A model generated the notes under the pieces. It was not told where the DNA came from. It searched no databases and worked only from the letters and a program-made list of their open reading frames with translations. A DNA stretch of 63,285 nucleotides, counting the filler, from Pseudovirgaria hyperparasitica (Eukaryota), in assembly GCA_010093815.1 (NCBI GenBank). It is 3 parts of 3 records of this genome, joined end to end, with 100 filler letters (N's around TTAATTAATTAA, not from the genome) between each part and the next. Parts side by side here need not be neighbours in the genome. Positions count along the whole stretch, not along the records: positions 23,467 to 44,501 come from ML996584.1; positions 44,602 to 63,285 come from ML996586.1; 1 more part is not named here. One strand, written 5' to 3'. Positions 37,425 through 51,500 of this stretch are shown piece by piece. Position 1 is the first letter of the stretch. Each line of letters starts with the position of its first letter. The position numbers were made by a program, and so were the translations under genes.

Positions 37425-39000
37425 ATACCACCTCGTAGCTTCTATACTATTATTATAAGCGCGCTAGGCCTAAATAGGCCCATTATAGAAGCCGGCGCCG
37501 TCTTAGCGGTGGCTATAGATGCTAGGGGTTAAGACCCTAATAATCGACGCGCGCCTAGGCGCTAGGAACCGCCTAACCGCACCGTGAGTAGGTCCTATCC
37601 CTATACCGTTCCTTATACTAACTAGGTAGATTATTCCTCCTACCGTCTCCCGATAGGCTAAGCCTATTTACTATATAGAGCTATATATTATAGAGGGTAA
37701 CTCGTTAGAAAACGAGCGTACCAAGTCCGTATACTTCGTATATTATATATATATAAAGGCCCTAGAGAAGACTAGGGTACTTAAGTACGTGCCGTCTCTA
37801 CACTATGGTAGCGCCTACTAATCTAGAGCGTAGCTATAAGCCTAGCCGTAGTACTAACTATATAAAGTACTATACGTCGAAAGGGATCTACTTATAGGAT
37901 ACTAAGGAGCTCGCTATGTACCCGGCCCTACGTAAGGCGTAGAGCCGCCTTAAGAAGTTCGTGCACGAGTTAGTTAATAATAACTTTAGTTATATAATAG
38001 ACCGTGGTAGTCGCGGCCTAGACCCGACTAAGCCTTCATCCGGTAAGTAGCCGTGTATAAACTCTAAGTTCTACCGTCTATACGAGGACTATAAGTCTAA
38101 CTTAGAGATTATATATATCGTCCGCCGTAACGCTAGCATCGTTAGTTAGATCCCTATAACGCCTAATCGCGGTGCTATCACGGTAATTAAGACGCTATAT
38201 CGTGGTAGTAGTAACCGTAGGTAGCTTAGTAGTGTAATTCACTAGATGAATTAGTATATATCGTATAACGAGGCCTAAATAGGCGAGTTACGCACTAACA
38301 TCGGCGCCCTATAGATATATACTTAGTTAGCCTAATTACTACTATCTTAACACGTAACGTAGGGTTCGATATAGTAGGTCGCTTCCGGCCTAGCACGCCT
38401 AGCCGAGCCGCCGCCTTACTAACTCCTTATCTAGGCGGTTATAGAGGAGGAGGAGCCTCGTTTAAGTAGTAGTCGCCCGCGCCGTCCTTAGCTAAGCGGC
38501 CCTAAGGAGTCGCCCACCCGTAGCCCGCGCTATTACTATACTACCCCCCGCCGGCTCCCTATTACTCCCCCCCCGTAGGAGGCCTTACCGTTACCACGCC
38601 GTCTCTATACCCCGCCCCGCCGCTATAACCTATCCCGGCGCCGCTCTCGCTCGCCGGAGCGCCGTAGCCGGTCCCCCGACCGCCGCGACCGGTCCCCTTA
38701 CCGCTATAACTAGTCCCCCCGCTACTATAACCATTCCTATAAGCGTTACCGCCGATCCCGTAACCGCCGGCGTCATACTATTAAGGGTCGTCGCTTATTA
38801 TATTATTACCGGTCGCCGTCTCGTAGCCGCTATAGCCGCCCTAATAAGGTATATAACTCCCTCTCGCCGCTAAGCTAGATTAATAGTCGCCCCCGCTACT
38901 AGGAGCCGGCCTAGGGGAGAACTAGATAACTAACCTTATAGTTAGGATTTATAGTTAAGGACCGTGCCGGCCCCGGCGCCGTATAGACCTAGGGTAGAGC
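37425..39000 (+). pseudogene. Gypsy-C antisense spliced accessory gene (Zn2Cys6-like motif + Arg/Ser-Pro-rich tail)
   Basis: ATA(ATG)-PPR start. Exons 37425-37583, 37630-37784 and 37834 to about 39000. Introns GTGAGT..TACTAAC..TAG and GTACGT..TACTAAT..TAG, phases consistent. RRSRSPERRSRSPDRRDRSP at ~38636-38700. Confidence 0.8.
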
Positions 39001-42000
39001 TAGAAGAATAACCTTTTTATGTCTTAAGGAGGGTGTCGGTTTATTATTAGGTTACTTAGGTACTTAGCGTTTAGCGTTTAGTCTTTATAGAATCTCTACT
39101 CTTATATCGGGTTATTAGGGCCGCTATAGGCCCGTAATAGTAGATTAATATCTTTATTTAGGGATACGCTAAAGTCGTAGGCCGTTATATAATCGCGCGC
39201 TACTATACCGGGCCTTAAACCTATCTAGTGCCTCGGTATTCTCCATGTCCTTAAGTGGTACCTATATTAGCTATAGCCAGCCCTTCTATTTTATAAGTAC
39301 TTGCCTCTTATTTCGCCTATATGCGTTTTTCGCCTAAAGGATATTCTTAACCTCGTATTTAGTAACGTCCTCGTCGGCTTCGTTAAGTTCGAGTACCGGG
39401 CCTAGACGAGTATCTAGCTACTCCTAGCTAGGTAGGGGGTCCTCTACGGCGCGCTCGACTAGGCTAATATAGACCATCTTATAAAGGTCCCCGGAGAGGT
39501 CGAGGGTTACTATTAGGGGGGTAGATTAGGTAAGAACCCTATACTTAGCCTATAGCTAGTCGAGTTTCCGGCTTAGGCGATTAGTCTTTACGTTTCGGAG
39601 TAAGAACCATACTATATTACTAATCTTAAAGCGTTTAGCTAGGCGGCGTAACCGGTTAGCCGAGTCCTAGAAATGTTACTCGGTCTAGGCGATAGCCGTC
39701 TACGCTAGGGTAGTACCGTCGTAGAGGTACTTAAGGAAGTTTATAGCCCGGCCTTTCGCCGAGGTCGTAGAGGTATTAGAGAGTGGCCGTCGCGGTAATA
39801 GTTTAATATAGTATCTATTTAGAAGTAGATTCGGTGCTATACCGGTTACTAACGAGGTGCGGTTATTTAGGGCGAGCTAGCATGCTAGTAGGTACTCCGG
39901 CTAATTAGTTTACTCGAAGGTTACTATAACGCGAAGTACCGCCTAGACCTTCTAGTTTACTCGCTCTATACTACCGTCGGTCTACGGATAGTAGACCGTA
40001 GAGAGGTCCTAGTACACGTCCGTTATAGAGTAAAGGGTTATCTAGAACTACCCTAGCTAGTCCGAGCCCCGGTCGGTAATAATAGACTATAGAAACCCCT
40101 AGAAACGCTACTATATATCGCGGAATCGCGCCGCGTAGTCCTTAGCCACTATAGAGGTTATCGCCTCTAGCTAGATGAATTTTAAGAGCCGATCCGTAAT
40201 AACGAGTAGATACCGGGGCCGTAACGGGTCCGATTAGGGAAGGTCGGTTATAAAGTCTATAGAAATCTAGGACTAGAAACGGTCTAGTATCGGAAGCGGC
40301 TAGAGGAGCCTAGGGGCCTTACGCCGATTTATATAAGCTCCGTAGTAGTTATAGTTCCGTATAAATCGCCGGATATTAGCCTATATATACTTCTAGTAGT
40401 ATTCCCGCCGGATAGCTACATATATCTTATTCTTACTAGGGTAGCCCACGAGGGGGGAAGCGTAGGACCTCTAGATAATAGTTATTATAAGCGGTTCCCA
40501 TTCGGGTACCTAGATAACTCCCCGCCATATAAGTATCCCGTATACTAATATAGTATAGTCCGTAACCTATTTAGTCGTAAGCACCTCCGGTAGAAAGAGG
40601 TATACCCCGTCTACTACGGCCGTATAGCGGATCTAATACGCCGGGACGGACTAAGCGGCTTAGTCCTAAAGCTCCTAGAGGTAGAGATCGGTAAAGATAC
40701 TTTATCCCTATAGAAGGCGATCCTTCCCGGAGTAGATACTTATAGATACTATTTAGATAGCTCGCGAGGCTATAAGCGACCCCTATAGAAGGGACTTCTT
40801 AGACGAGTCCTAGTTACGGCGGCTAAGGGCGTCCGGGCGAGCCGCCTAGGATCCCGGCCGGTATACTAGGTCGTAGTTAAAGAGTATAAGCTAGTTAGAC
40901 TATCGCTACTACCGCGGGACGAGAAGATAAGACTTAGTAAAGTACTTAAGGTTCTTATAGTCTATATAGATCGTGAAAGGGTAGTAAACGCTCCGGAGCT
41001 CGGGTTCCTATATCTAGAGGTACTAAACTACGGTAAGGAGCTCCTTATCATAGATTATATAGTTCCGTTAGGCGGCCGTAAGGGCCGCAGAGTAGTAGGC
41101 TATCGGGTGCTAAATACCCCGAACCCTCTAGAATAGGCACCCACCCGTCGCGTGGCTAGAGTAATCCGCCTTAACTATTATATCGCGCGTCTCGTCCTAG
41201 GATTAGAGAATAGGTCCTATAATAAAAGTATTCTTAAGCTTAGTAAACGCGCGGTCCTCGGTTAGGCCCTAGTAGAAGGCCGCCCCGGCCCTAGTAAGGG
41301 CGTAGAGCGGGGCCGCTACGGTGGAGAAGTCGGGAAGAAAGTTACGGTAGAAGTTTATAAATCTAATAAATCGCTAGACGCCCCGGACCGTAGTCGGGGG
41401 CTTCTAGTCCTAGATCGCGGTAATTTTCTCCGGGTTAGGGCGGATTAATTTACTAGCGGTAATAACGTACCCTAGGTACCGGACTTCCTTAGTAGCGAAG
41501 CGGCACTTAGTAAGGTTATAGTAAAGGTCCGCTTTAGTAAGGAGAGATAGAATAGTCTTTACGGCGGCCTAGTGGTCCTCTAGCGTACCCGGGGTATAGA
41601 TAAGGATATCGTTAAGATACGCTATATAGGTTACCCCTAGGACCCCACTTAGTACCCCATTAATATAGCGCTAGAAGGAGGCTAGAGCACTAGAGAGACT
41701 AAACGGAAGCACGGTCTATTTAAAGAGGCCGAACCGGGTACGGAAAGCCGTCTTATGTTCGTCGCCGGCGGCCACCCGTAGTTTATAGAATGCCACCCGA
41801 ATATCGACCTTACTAAACCATAACGCGTTACTAATAGTATATAGGGTTTCGCGTATTAGAGGAAGCGGGTATCAATCCTACTCCGTAATACCGTTAAGGG
41901 CTCTATAGTTAATATATAGCCGCTATTTCCCTCCCGGCTTAGGGACGAGTAATACTAGCGCCCTAGCCGTAGAGGAGCTAGCCCGTATCTAACCCTTATC

Positions 42001-44406
42001 TATAAGATCCGTAAGCTAGCGGCGTAGCTCTACTAGCTACTCCCGAGATATAGCGTAGAGGGGTCCCTAAGGGAGGTTTACTAGGGTCCCCGCCGGGGTA
42101 GACTTAATATAGATATAGTAGTTAGTGCTCCTCTAGTAGGGGGGTAGCGCTAACGCCTTCGCCTTATCGAAGAGGTCGCGGTAGGCGTGTAGCTTTAATA
42201 GGAGCGGGCGCCTATCCTCCGTAAGCTCGGACGCGTCCTAGTCGGGTATTAGAGGTGGCGGGGGGAGTATAAGCTATAGAAGGCGGGTGACATCGCGGAT
42301 GCTAGTAGCGACCACCCGTCCACGGCGATAAGCCGTCTCTAGAGCCCCTATAATACGACCCTTCTCGGTAAGCACCCGAATGCGCGTTAGGCGTATATAG
42401 ATGTTTATATCCTAGGCTATAAGGCCGTAGGCGCGGTAGAGCGTAATCTCGTCTACCCGTATATTAATAACGGCGCCGGCCTAGTAGAGCCACGGGCTCC
42501 TAAGAATAAGATCCCGGTCTAGCCCGGGCACCACGTAGGCGGAGAGGCGCTATCTCTATCTAGTAATATCGTACCATATAGTAACGACTTCCGTAATCTC
42601 CGGTCCCGACGCTCCGTTAGCGGTAAGAGCTACTCGACGACGTAGGACTAAGATACGCGACTTAGCTACGTCCCCCGTAAGGGATAGGCTAACTACCGCG
42701 AAATACTCGCACCCTATATCTACTAAGGCGTCTATATACTTCCTATCCTAGAGGAATAGCGATATAACGGGTGGCGGCCCGTCTATAACCCGAGCGGGTA
42801 CGCTATCCTCCGGGTCGGAGCCGTAATCTTAGTCGCCTATAGCTTTATTCCCTACTAAATATTATAACGTCCCCCAACCCGGGCTATAGTAAGGGACTAT
42901 ACTTCCCCCGCCTCGGAGTCGGAATTAGTATTATTCTAGGCCGGGGCCGCGACCTTAAGCGCCTGTATATTAACGGCGTTTAGGTAGCCCCGTTATTAGT
43001 AGCTAGCCTAGCTACACCGGGTATACACGCCCGCTATATAGCGCTCCTAGAATAAATCCTTCGGAATCCACGAAGGAGGCTCTTTCTTCTTAACCCCGTT
43101 CTTACTCTTCGCCGCTAGTAAGGTAGCTCGCTCCTTACCCTTTATCTTAACGGCCTTAATAGTAACCGCTAACATCGTCGTATCGCCGTCCTTATCCTTA
43201 CCCGGCTTGCTTTAGGGCGCCGTGTTTTACCTAGTACGGAGCCGGAATAACTCTATATCTATGCCGATATCTCTAAGGCGGCCTACTACGGCCTCGTATT
43301 AGTCCGGGAGGCCCTAGTTTAGGGCTACTACCCGGGTCTTCTAGTTAAGGCCGTCCCGGAGCCGTATAAGCTTCTAGTCGTCGGCCTAGTATATTCCCCT
43401 AGCCTCCTAGAGGGCGGTATAGAACTAGACGAAGTAATCTATAAACAGCTCCTTAGCCTTTTATACGATTATATTTAGCCGTTAAAGGGCCCGCTCTTTA
43501 GTATATATATCTCCGAACTAGAACTTAAGGTAGTCTAGGAACGCGTATAGGTTCTAGTTACCGTTTAGCCCCCTAGTAGAATATACCACGCTAACCCCCT
43601 TCTATACCTTAGGCGCTAGGTTAGCCTAGATAAGGGCTATCTAGTCCCTATAGGTGCTAATAAACTCGGCGTCCCGGGTAATCTTATACTATATTATAAC
43701 GGACCACGTATAGAAGAGAGTCTTAGACCCGTTATACGGATCGCCGAGGGGGAGAGACTTCCGTTTTATAGGCCGGTCAAGTATAATATACGGGGCCGAT
43801 AGTAGTAAAGTAGGGGCGTGTATAGATAGGGCCGGGTCGGGCCTATATAGGCGCTAAGGTATAGCTAAGGAGGGGTCGGGCTAGGGTAGGGACGAATCCC
43901 TATAGGTTAACGTGGTAGGAGTACGGCTATATACTTCGACCGTAACTAGGCGGGCGTTAATATACTATAGCGCCGTATAGACGCTCTACTTAATATTAGA
44001 TATACGAGACTCGCTTACCGCTTAGACGGCCGTAATAGACTTATATACGGCCTATATTTCGTCTTAGAAGCTAAGGAAGGAGTTAGAGAGTTACCGTATT
44101 AGATTAGAGTCTTACGGGTTAAGACTATCTTATACTATAAGACCACGTATAGGAAGAGGTTAATAAAGTTAAATTAATATAATGGATGTGACTAAGGTGT
44201 TACTATAATAGTAATTAGAATATATTATAATTTAACTTAGAGAGAGTAGGGGTAGCTCGTATAGGTTATAGCTTAAGTATAGTCTTAAGCGAGGTCACGT
44301 GATACCCCTATACTAGTCTCTATCCGTCCTAGCTCTATTATATAACGCTAGAGACAAGGTAAAGCCAAAGTCTATAACAATTCCTTATATAAGTAGATTA
44401 TAGTAG

Positions 44407-44501
<95 letters not shown>
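44407..44501. repeat. (ATT)n microsatellite at the contig end
   Basis: About 95 nt of perfect ATT running into the gap. Confidence 0.9.
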
Positions 44502-44601
44502 NNNNNNNNNNNNNNNNNNNNNNNNNNNNNNNNNNNNNNNNNNNNTTAATTAATTAANNNNNNNNNNNNNNNNNNNNNNNNNNNNNNNNNNNNNNNNNNN
44601 N
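44502..44601. other. Artificial contig linker
   Basis: 100 nt of N with central TTAATTAATTAA. Confidence 0.97.
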
Positions 44602-46645
44602 TACGTTATTAGTTATATATATTATATATATATAGGGGGCCTATATCTATTTATAGGTATAGTATTATCCTAAGGTTATCGCGCTCGGTATACGACTATA
44701 ATAAGAGTAGTATTAACCTATAAATGTAGAAGAGGACTCGTCTTTCTAGTCCTAGAGGGTATATAGTATAGTATCCGGGGTGTATGGTTGGTTTACTCGT
44801 CTAGTAGTATTTATAGGGTTCCTAGATAGCGAGTATTATAGCCCCGGTCTCTTCGAGGAGCGTCGCCTAGTTCTCTCTTTTATATTATATATTTATCTAT
44901 ATAATTCGGAGTATATTCTAGTCCCTTATTAGGTACTAGAGAGTATATATACCTATATACTTATTTCTCGGAGGCGCGACTATCCTCGCGCGGTAGCGGC
45001 TTTAACTATACCTTTTAGTCATCCTATTATCTTTAGAATAGTCTACTATCCTACCTAACTACCTTCCGGAGAGAAGGTTAGAGGTGTTATAAAGGAAGGA
45101 CTCGTAGTAGGTGTTATATTCTATAACTATCTCGCGCCTCTCGCTTTTATCGTACGAATATATTCTATAATCTATTTACGTTTTATATACGTTAATAACT
45201 ATAACGGGTATTTCCCGTCATAGTTTAAACACTATACTATATCCCTATTTCTTACTCCGTCTCCTTGCGGTTTATAAGGGTACTCCTAGATAGCGTGGTC
45301 CCCACGGTACTATCTATACTTAGTCTTCTATAAGCACCTTTATATAGTATATCTATACCCTTAATAGTTAAAGTACTATATTATTACCTATACCCTATTC
45401 TATGGCTCGGCTATAAGGAGCTCTCCTTCTATTAGGAATCCCTTCTATATAATATATTATACGAGGGCGGGGTCTCGGAGCTCTATAATTATAGTAGAGT
45501 GTTTTTTCGCCGTCGTCTTAATCGTCTATAGATTCTTCTACCACGCTTTCGCGATCTTAATCCCTAGGTATTTTTACGTGTTAGATTATTCTATACACGT
45601 AATATCCTCCGCTCCGATAGCCTATCCCTATATAGGTACTATATATACTATAATCGGGTATATAGCTACTCTAATAGACGCGCTAGGGAAGATACTACCT
45701 ATTACGTTCGGATCTCGCAAGATGTTTTACTACGTAGTATTTATTATAGTAGTAAGTACTACCCTACCTAGTATAACTTTTATAGCCACGACGCTCGACT
45801 ATATTCCTTTCTATTCGTTAATCTTATTTATAATTTCCTTTAGGGATACCTATTAGACCTACGCTAGCGTGTCCTTATCCTAGATTACGACACGTATACT
45901 ATATACTCTATCTATAGTTCTAGTAGTCCTTAGTATAGTAGCTCCGGGTATTACTATAATCTAAGCCTACGTATTAGGGCGCTTACCTTAGGATAGCTCT
46001 TCCTAGATTCTCCGTAGGCTAGCTTCTATTTAGTTAAGCCTACTACTAGGTTCCTCTCGTAGCGACTTCCTTTCTTTCTCTATGATTCCTCTTAGATTCT
46101 AGATAAGGTCCCGGAATATATAAAGGAGGGTCTTCTTTCCCTCCTTGGCGTCCCTCTCTATACGTATTACCTAGTATTTAATTTTATCTAGGAGGGTCTC
46201 CCCTCTCGGGGTCCCCTCGGTCTAGGTTATCTATAGCGCTTTGCACCCTTAGTTAGTTCCTATATTTTAGATAGGTGTCTAGCTATCTATATTAATATCG
46301 CTATATAGCCGTTTCTACTATACTAGTAGGGGTATATCTAGCGTATACCGGGGTATTACGATACCTAAGGCCGCCATGGTTATTAGTTAAGGGTAGCCCT
46401 TAACTAATAAAAGGGGGTCGGCGTATCGGCGTTTATTAGATATAGTCTATACTTATATTATTAAAGAGTCTTTAAGCGTATATATATAGTGTCTCTATAC
46501 GTCGGTATCGTCGCGTATTATACGCTACACGTACGCACGTATATTAGAGGTTATTATACTCGGTATACTCTATCGTTTGATGTATGTAAATCGCTGTTTT
46601 ACCCCGAATTAACTAGTTTAGTCCGTTAGGGTGTAAGAAGTTTTT
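44602..46645 (-). mobile_element. LINE-5: 5' part (UTR, ORF1, APE start) of a Tad1-like LINE, cut by the contig start
   Basis: Near-identical to 16472-18516 apart from RIP transitions. Confidence 0.93.
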
Positions 46646-47950
46646 AGAATAAAACTATAAGAAAGATTATTATAACGTAGTTAAATAAACTCCTTAGTTT
46701 AATAAAAGGTAAGTCGGCGGACACGATGGCCGCGATAGTCCGTAGGGTATTAGAAACCATAGAAGGTAAGCGTATACTACGTATGGTAGCCGATTAGTAT
46801 TTACTATTTATTCTATAATGGGGACTACTAACTAAATAGTTTAATAGAGAGGCATGTCTATCTACGATATTAAAGCTAGTAGTAGAGTTTATATCTATCC
46901 CAGCTATAGAACTAGAGAAGATAATCGTACGGTTATACGAGAATAGAGGTAGATAGTTTAATAATCTATAGCCTAATAGAACGCTGCGCGACTCGTAGGT
47001 ATAATCTACCGCCTAGAGTAAATTAAAAGGGGGTACCGGGTCCGGGCTTAACGTATACTACTATTAGGCTAGGCTAGCTACTACGTATATACTACTTATA
47101 TACCTTACTAATAAAAAGATAGAACATAAGTAAATTAATATTACGCTTACGCGTCGGAGGGATAGTAATAATAGTATACCAAGTAAGATAATTACTAATC
47201 CCGTACGCGAAGCGCTTCTATAGCTAGATAAGGCTATATAAAAGGAGATGGTATCGCTAGCTAATAAACACGCTTTGAAGGTAAACTAGATCCGTAACTT
47301 TATTAATAATAACGTTTATAATAAAAGTACTAGACGCGCGCGATAAATATCCGCTAACTACCTGGAGAAAATCGTACTCGCATGTACTATACTAGTAAGC
47401 TTAATATTCCTATACTTAGTAAGTGTTTACACTACCTACTAGTAACGTAATTTACTAATATATATAGGTACTATGTCCATATGTATAAGCGAAAATGTTA
47501 GTATATTTACTAGCCGGCCTAAGTACGTCCGAATTAAATAAGGTATATAGATTATTTAGGTCGACTAAGTCGGATTCTCCGTGTATTCTACTAGTATTAG
47601 CTTCGTAGGTCTACGAAGGATAAGACCTAATAGTCGCTAGTTTTATAGTATTAGTAGACTAATGCTTATATAAGGAGACGTGGCCGTAGGCAAGTATAAG
47701 ATATTATCGCCATGGATAATATCGGCCTATAGTATATACGTATACTTTGATTTTAGACTATTTAGAGGTCGAGGCTAGACTCGCCGCGTTAGGTAAGGTA
47801 ATCGAAAGCACGAGGATATAAGTCTTAGACCTAGGAAAAGAAGATATAGCTACGGTAGAGATAGCTATACCTAATATACTAGTAATAGGCGTACGCTTTA
47901 ATTCTATAGAGATATAGTAGTATAGAAGTAAGTAAGGTAGTTAGTTAATT
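46646..47950 (+). pseudogene. RIP-mutated intron-containing gene of unknown function (5' part missing)
   Basis: Canonical fungal introns GTAAGC..ACTAAC..TAG (~46766-46839) and GTAAGT..TACTAAT..TAG (~47419-47467) between coding-like stretches; no recognisable motif. Confidence 0.45.
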
Positions 47951-48059
47951 AGCTTCTAAGAGACTAGATAGCATAGTAGTATAAATACGAACCGCTATTT
48001 ACTCGTGATTATATGTCTATATATATCTATACGTAAAGAGAAATAAGATATTTATTCTA

Positions 48060-48382
48060 TACCGTTATATAGTAGGACGTTACTATATATGCCGGTATAT
48101 AATAGAATATTCCGACATGCGCTAGTATATTATAGGATATTCCTAGATACTCGAAGTATAGTTATAGTATAAAGTAGTATTACTATTATATACCGGCATA
48201 TAGTAGGACGTTACTATATATGCCGGTATATAACGGGATCATGTTCCGACATACTATACGCCGCTAGTATATTATAGAATATTCCTAGATACTTAAAGTA
48301 TAGTTATAATATAAAGTAGTATCGCTATACTATGCCGGTATTTAGTAGAACGTTACTATATATACCGGTATATAACGGGATT
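48060..48382. repeat. Tandem repeat, about 2.3 x 130-140 bp
   Basis: TAGTAGGACGTTACTATATATGCCGGTATATAA recurs at ~48070, ~48201 and ~48342. Confidence 0.88.
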
Positions 48383-48419
48383 AAACGTTTTCTTAACGTT
48401 CGATAGAACGATTCTAAAA

Positions 48420-48545
48420 GAACCGGGACGGCTCTAGGAGAACTAGGACGACTCCGGGAGGACTAGGACGACTCTAGGAGGATTAGGATAACTCTAGAAG
48501 TACCGGGACCCATTTGGGATAACTTTAGAAGTACCGGGAGACCTA
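48420..48545. repeat. Degenerate 20-bp minisatellite
   Basis: GAACCGGGACGGCTCTAGGA-like units, about 5 copies. Confidence 0.75.
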
Positions 48546-48599
48546 GAAGCATTAGGAGCGCCGTATCTTTCCTAATGTAATATAATATATAAATAAGTA

Positions 48600-51500
48600 A
48601 AGTAATTCTTTAAAGATCTAGGTACTTATACTATAGTTTATATCTTACTACCGCTATATAACCCTATAGATCTTACTAGCTTTAATAATAAGCTTAAACT
48701 AGAGAGCGATCCAATTAATTTATAGTATATAGAAGTTACTACTCCCTATATATAATATAGTATATTAAGTAGGCCGGATACTTAGCTCTAGATCTCTATT
48801 CTCTACCGCGAGTTATTTAATAAGAAATTTAACTATCTAATATATATCGCTATAAGTATCTTATAAGACAAATAGGCGGATCTTCTATTATTCTAATTCT
48901 AAGACGTTACTATTAGATATATCTAGCTCTTAGATATTACTCGGGTGCTCTTAGCTATTATCTATTCTATTAATATAAAAGGATTCTATTATATAGAACT
49001 AGGTAGTCGTAGGTACCTTAAAGTAGATTTAAAGAATTATAATAATAACGTATACCGCTTTAAAGTCCTTTAATTTCGCCTAGGCGTCCTTCTATTTAAA
49101 TGCCTCGCTCTAAAAGTCTTTAATAAGGTTAGGTATTCTTCTAAAGTATCTAAGGTACTAATTATATTAATGGATACGGTTACTAATATAACTCGAGCTC
49201 GTTCTAAACATTTTATTTGGACTAGCGACACTAGTTTAAGTATAATTAGATTATCCCTTACTACGCTCATAGGGTTTACGGATATTCCGGCTTTAGTTAG
49301 TGTATAAATCTATAATAAGCTTACTAAGTAACGCATTAATACATGCTAGAAACTAATCTACTATACTATATAAGCTTCTAGAGACGGTAGCGCCGATAAC
49401 TACGCTACTTAGAATACATTTAATATAATAGTCCTTAATGTTATTATAGACTTAGTATCTATATCTCTAATATATAGGTCCCCTAACCCTAACGACGAGA
49501 TTCTAGATTATAGTATAGAGCCTTAGAATACCCTTATTACTCTTTCTAAATTATCTATATCTCTAGATAATAATAAGGATATAAATATAGAATATAGTTA
49601 CAATATTATTAGCAACAAAGGTTCTATTACTAGCCCTATCACTAATATATATATACTTCTAATATTATCTAAAGTCTACTCTAGTATTCTATCCCCTTTA
49701 CTACCCTCTATATAGAATCTAATACTTAGTAATAACTATCTAAATCTTTAACCTATCGACTATAACTACTATATTAAAGATTATAAAAGATTCTATAATC
49801 TCTAGAATATTATATATTTAGAACTATCTCTCTAATAATAGTATATCTATATATAGATGATAGATATACTTAGGGCTTAGTTTCTACTTTACGGCTATAG
49901 AGGAGCTAGGAAGAGCTATTTATAGCTTCGTCTACTACTAGCTATACTTCTAATTAATAAAATAAATAGTACTTCTATTATCGCTTATACTACTAAGGTA
50001 GTTATTCTATCTAGTAATATAATAGCGCACCTCCCTATACTAGGTTCTACCTAGATATATAGAATATATATATATATATTATTATCGGCCTAACTAACGA
50101 AACCTATAACGACGCTATAAGAAAAGTATATAAATATATAAGTAATATATTTACTTACTATAAGTCTCTAAAGATACTAGTTATTCTTTAAAGATACCTC
50201 GAAGCCGTTAATTAAGAGGTTTTCTTTACTATAGCTAGACTATCTTATTACGGTAACCCTCTTATCGGGCTAACCTAGAATAATATAATAGGCGGTACTA
50301 TCCTCGCGTAAGCTTAGGCTAACTATAGTAAATAACTATTAGAATATAGTACGGATCCCCGTGCTCGTCTATAGAAACTATATACTAGTTATATTATACT
50401 TAAGGTTATTAGACTTATTAAATCTTAATACTAATATAAATAGATCTCTAAGAATTTCGAGAAAGAAATGGCTTAGTTATTATATACTATCTATAAATAT
50501 TTTACTTATAATAAGGACATGCCTAAGGAGGAGTATAATAGAATAAACAAGCTATACCTCGCTACCTAGGACCTAGTTACTATCTACGCCTAGATTTATA
50601 TAGGGACCCTATATATTATAAATATCGCTAAGGTAGCCTATAATATATATCCGATTTTAGTTGTAATAGAAGAGACTATATATATCCTTAAAAGTAATAT
50701 ACTTAGGATTATTATTAATTATACTACTATAGAATAGTAACTAATATTTATTTATATCGGCAACCTATACTAGCTCGACACCTACTAGCGTAATAGTACT
50801 AATATATAGGCCGCGAACTAGAGGATCTCCTTTATAAAGTACTAGATATAATATAGTTTTCTAACTACTCGCCTTACCGAGTTAGAACGCTTAGTTTCTA
50901 AAATAATAAATATTATATTACTAATTACTTACTTAGGCGAGCTAACGACCTCACTCTATATAATAAATAATATTAATATACTACTCGTAGAGACCGTTTA
51001 ATAAATATTTAGAATCTACGGCCATTAATACGTCGTATATACTAATATTAATAGAGATTATACGTATATAGTAAATAACTTAATATATAATATAGACTTA
51101 TTATGTTTTACTTAGTAAATTATTACTAAGCTCTTCTATTATAGTATTATACTTAATCGCGTACTCTATATTTCTATATATACTACCTAACGTAATCTAT
51201 TTAAAGAGATAGTTAGGAACTCGCTTCTAACTATACTTACCATAGCGGATAAAGCTCGATTTAATACCCTATCTAAGCTAGTATAGAAGCTTGTCTAATA
51301 GCGTTTATAGAACGGTTCTTAGGGTTATAATAATAATATAGTTCTTATTAACCCGGTCTAAACTAATTACTTTAGCTTTCTCTCGGAAGTAAACTATAAC
51401 GTTATTACTATTACGCGCGCTAAATAGATAATAGTTATTATTACTAACTTTATATCTCTTAAGAGGTAGAAAGTCCTAGACGGCGTACTCGGTGAGATAT

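Larger units (their letters stand above)
36408..44379 (-). mobile_element. Full-length Ty3/gypsy chromovirus family C
   Basis: 202-bp LTRs at 44178-44379 and 36408-36609, TSD ATTCC. DALVDTG (~42720), AYLDDILI (~41610), WSQISMDF (~40260), chromodomain YEV..I...Y.VKWKGW...TW.P (~39250-39358). Confidence 0.95.

Noticed and set aside
49890..51430. Helitron RepHel assignment for the helicase
   Set aside because: The motifs are Upf1/Dna2-type rather than Pif1-type, and no HUH Rep domain is visible.
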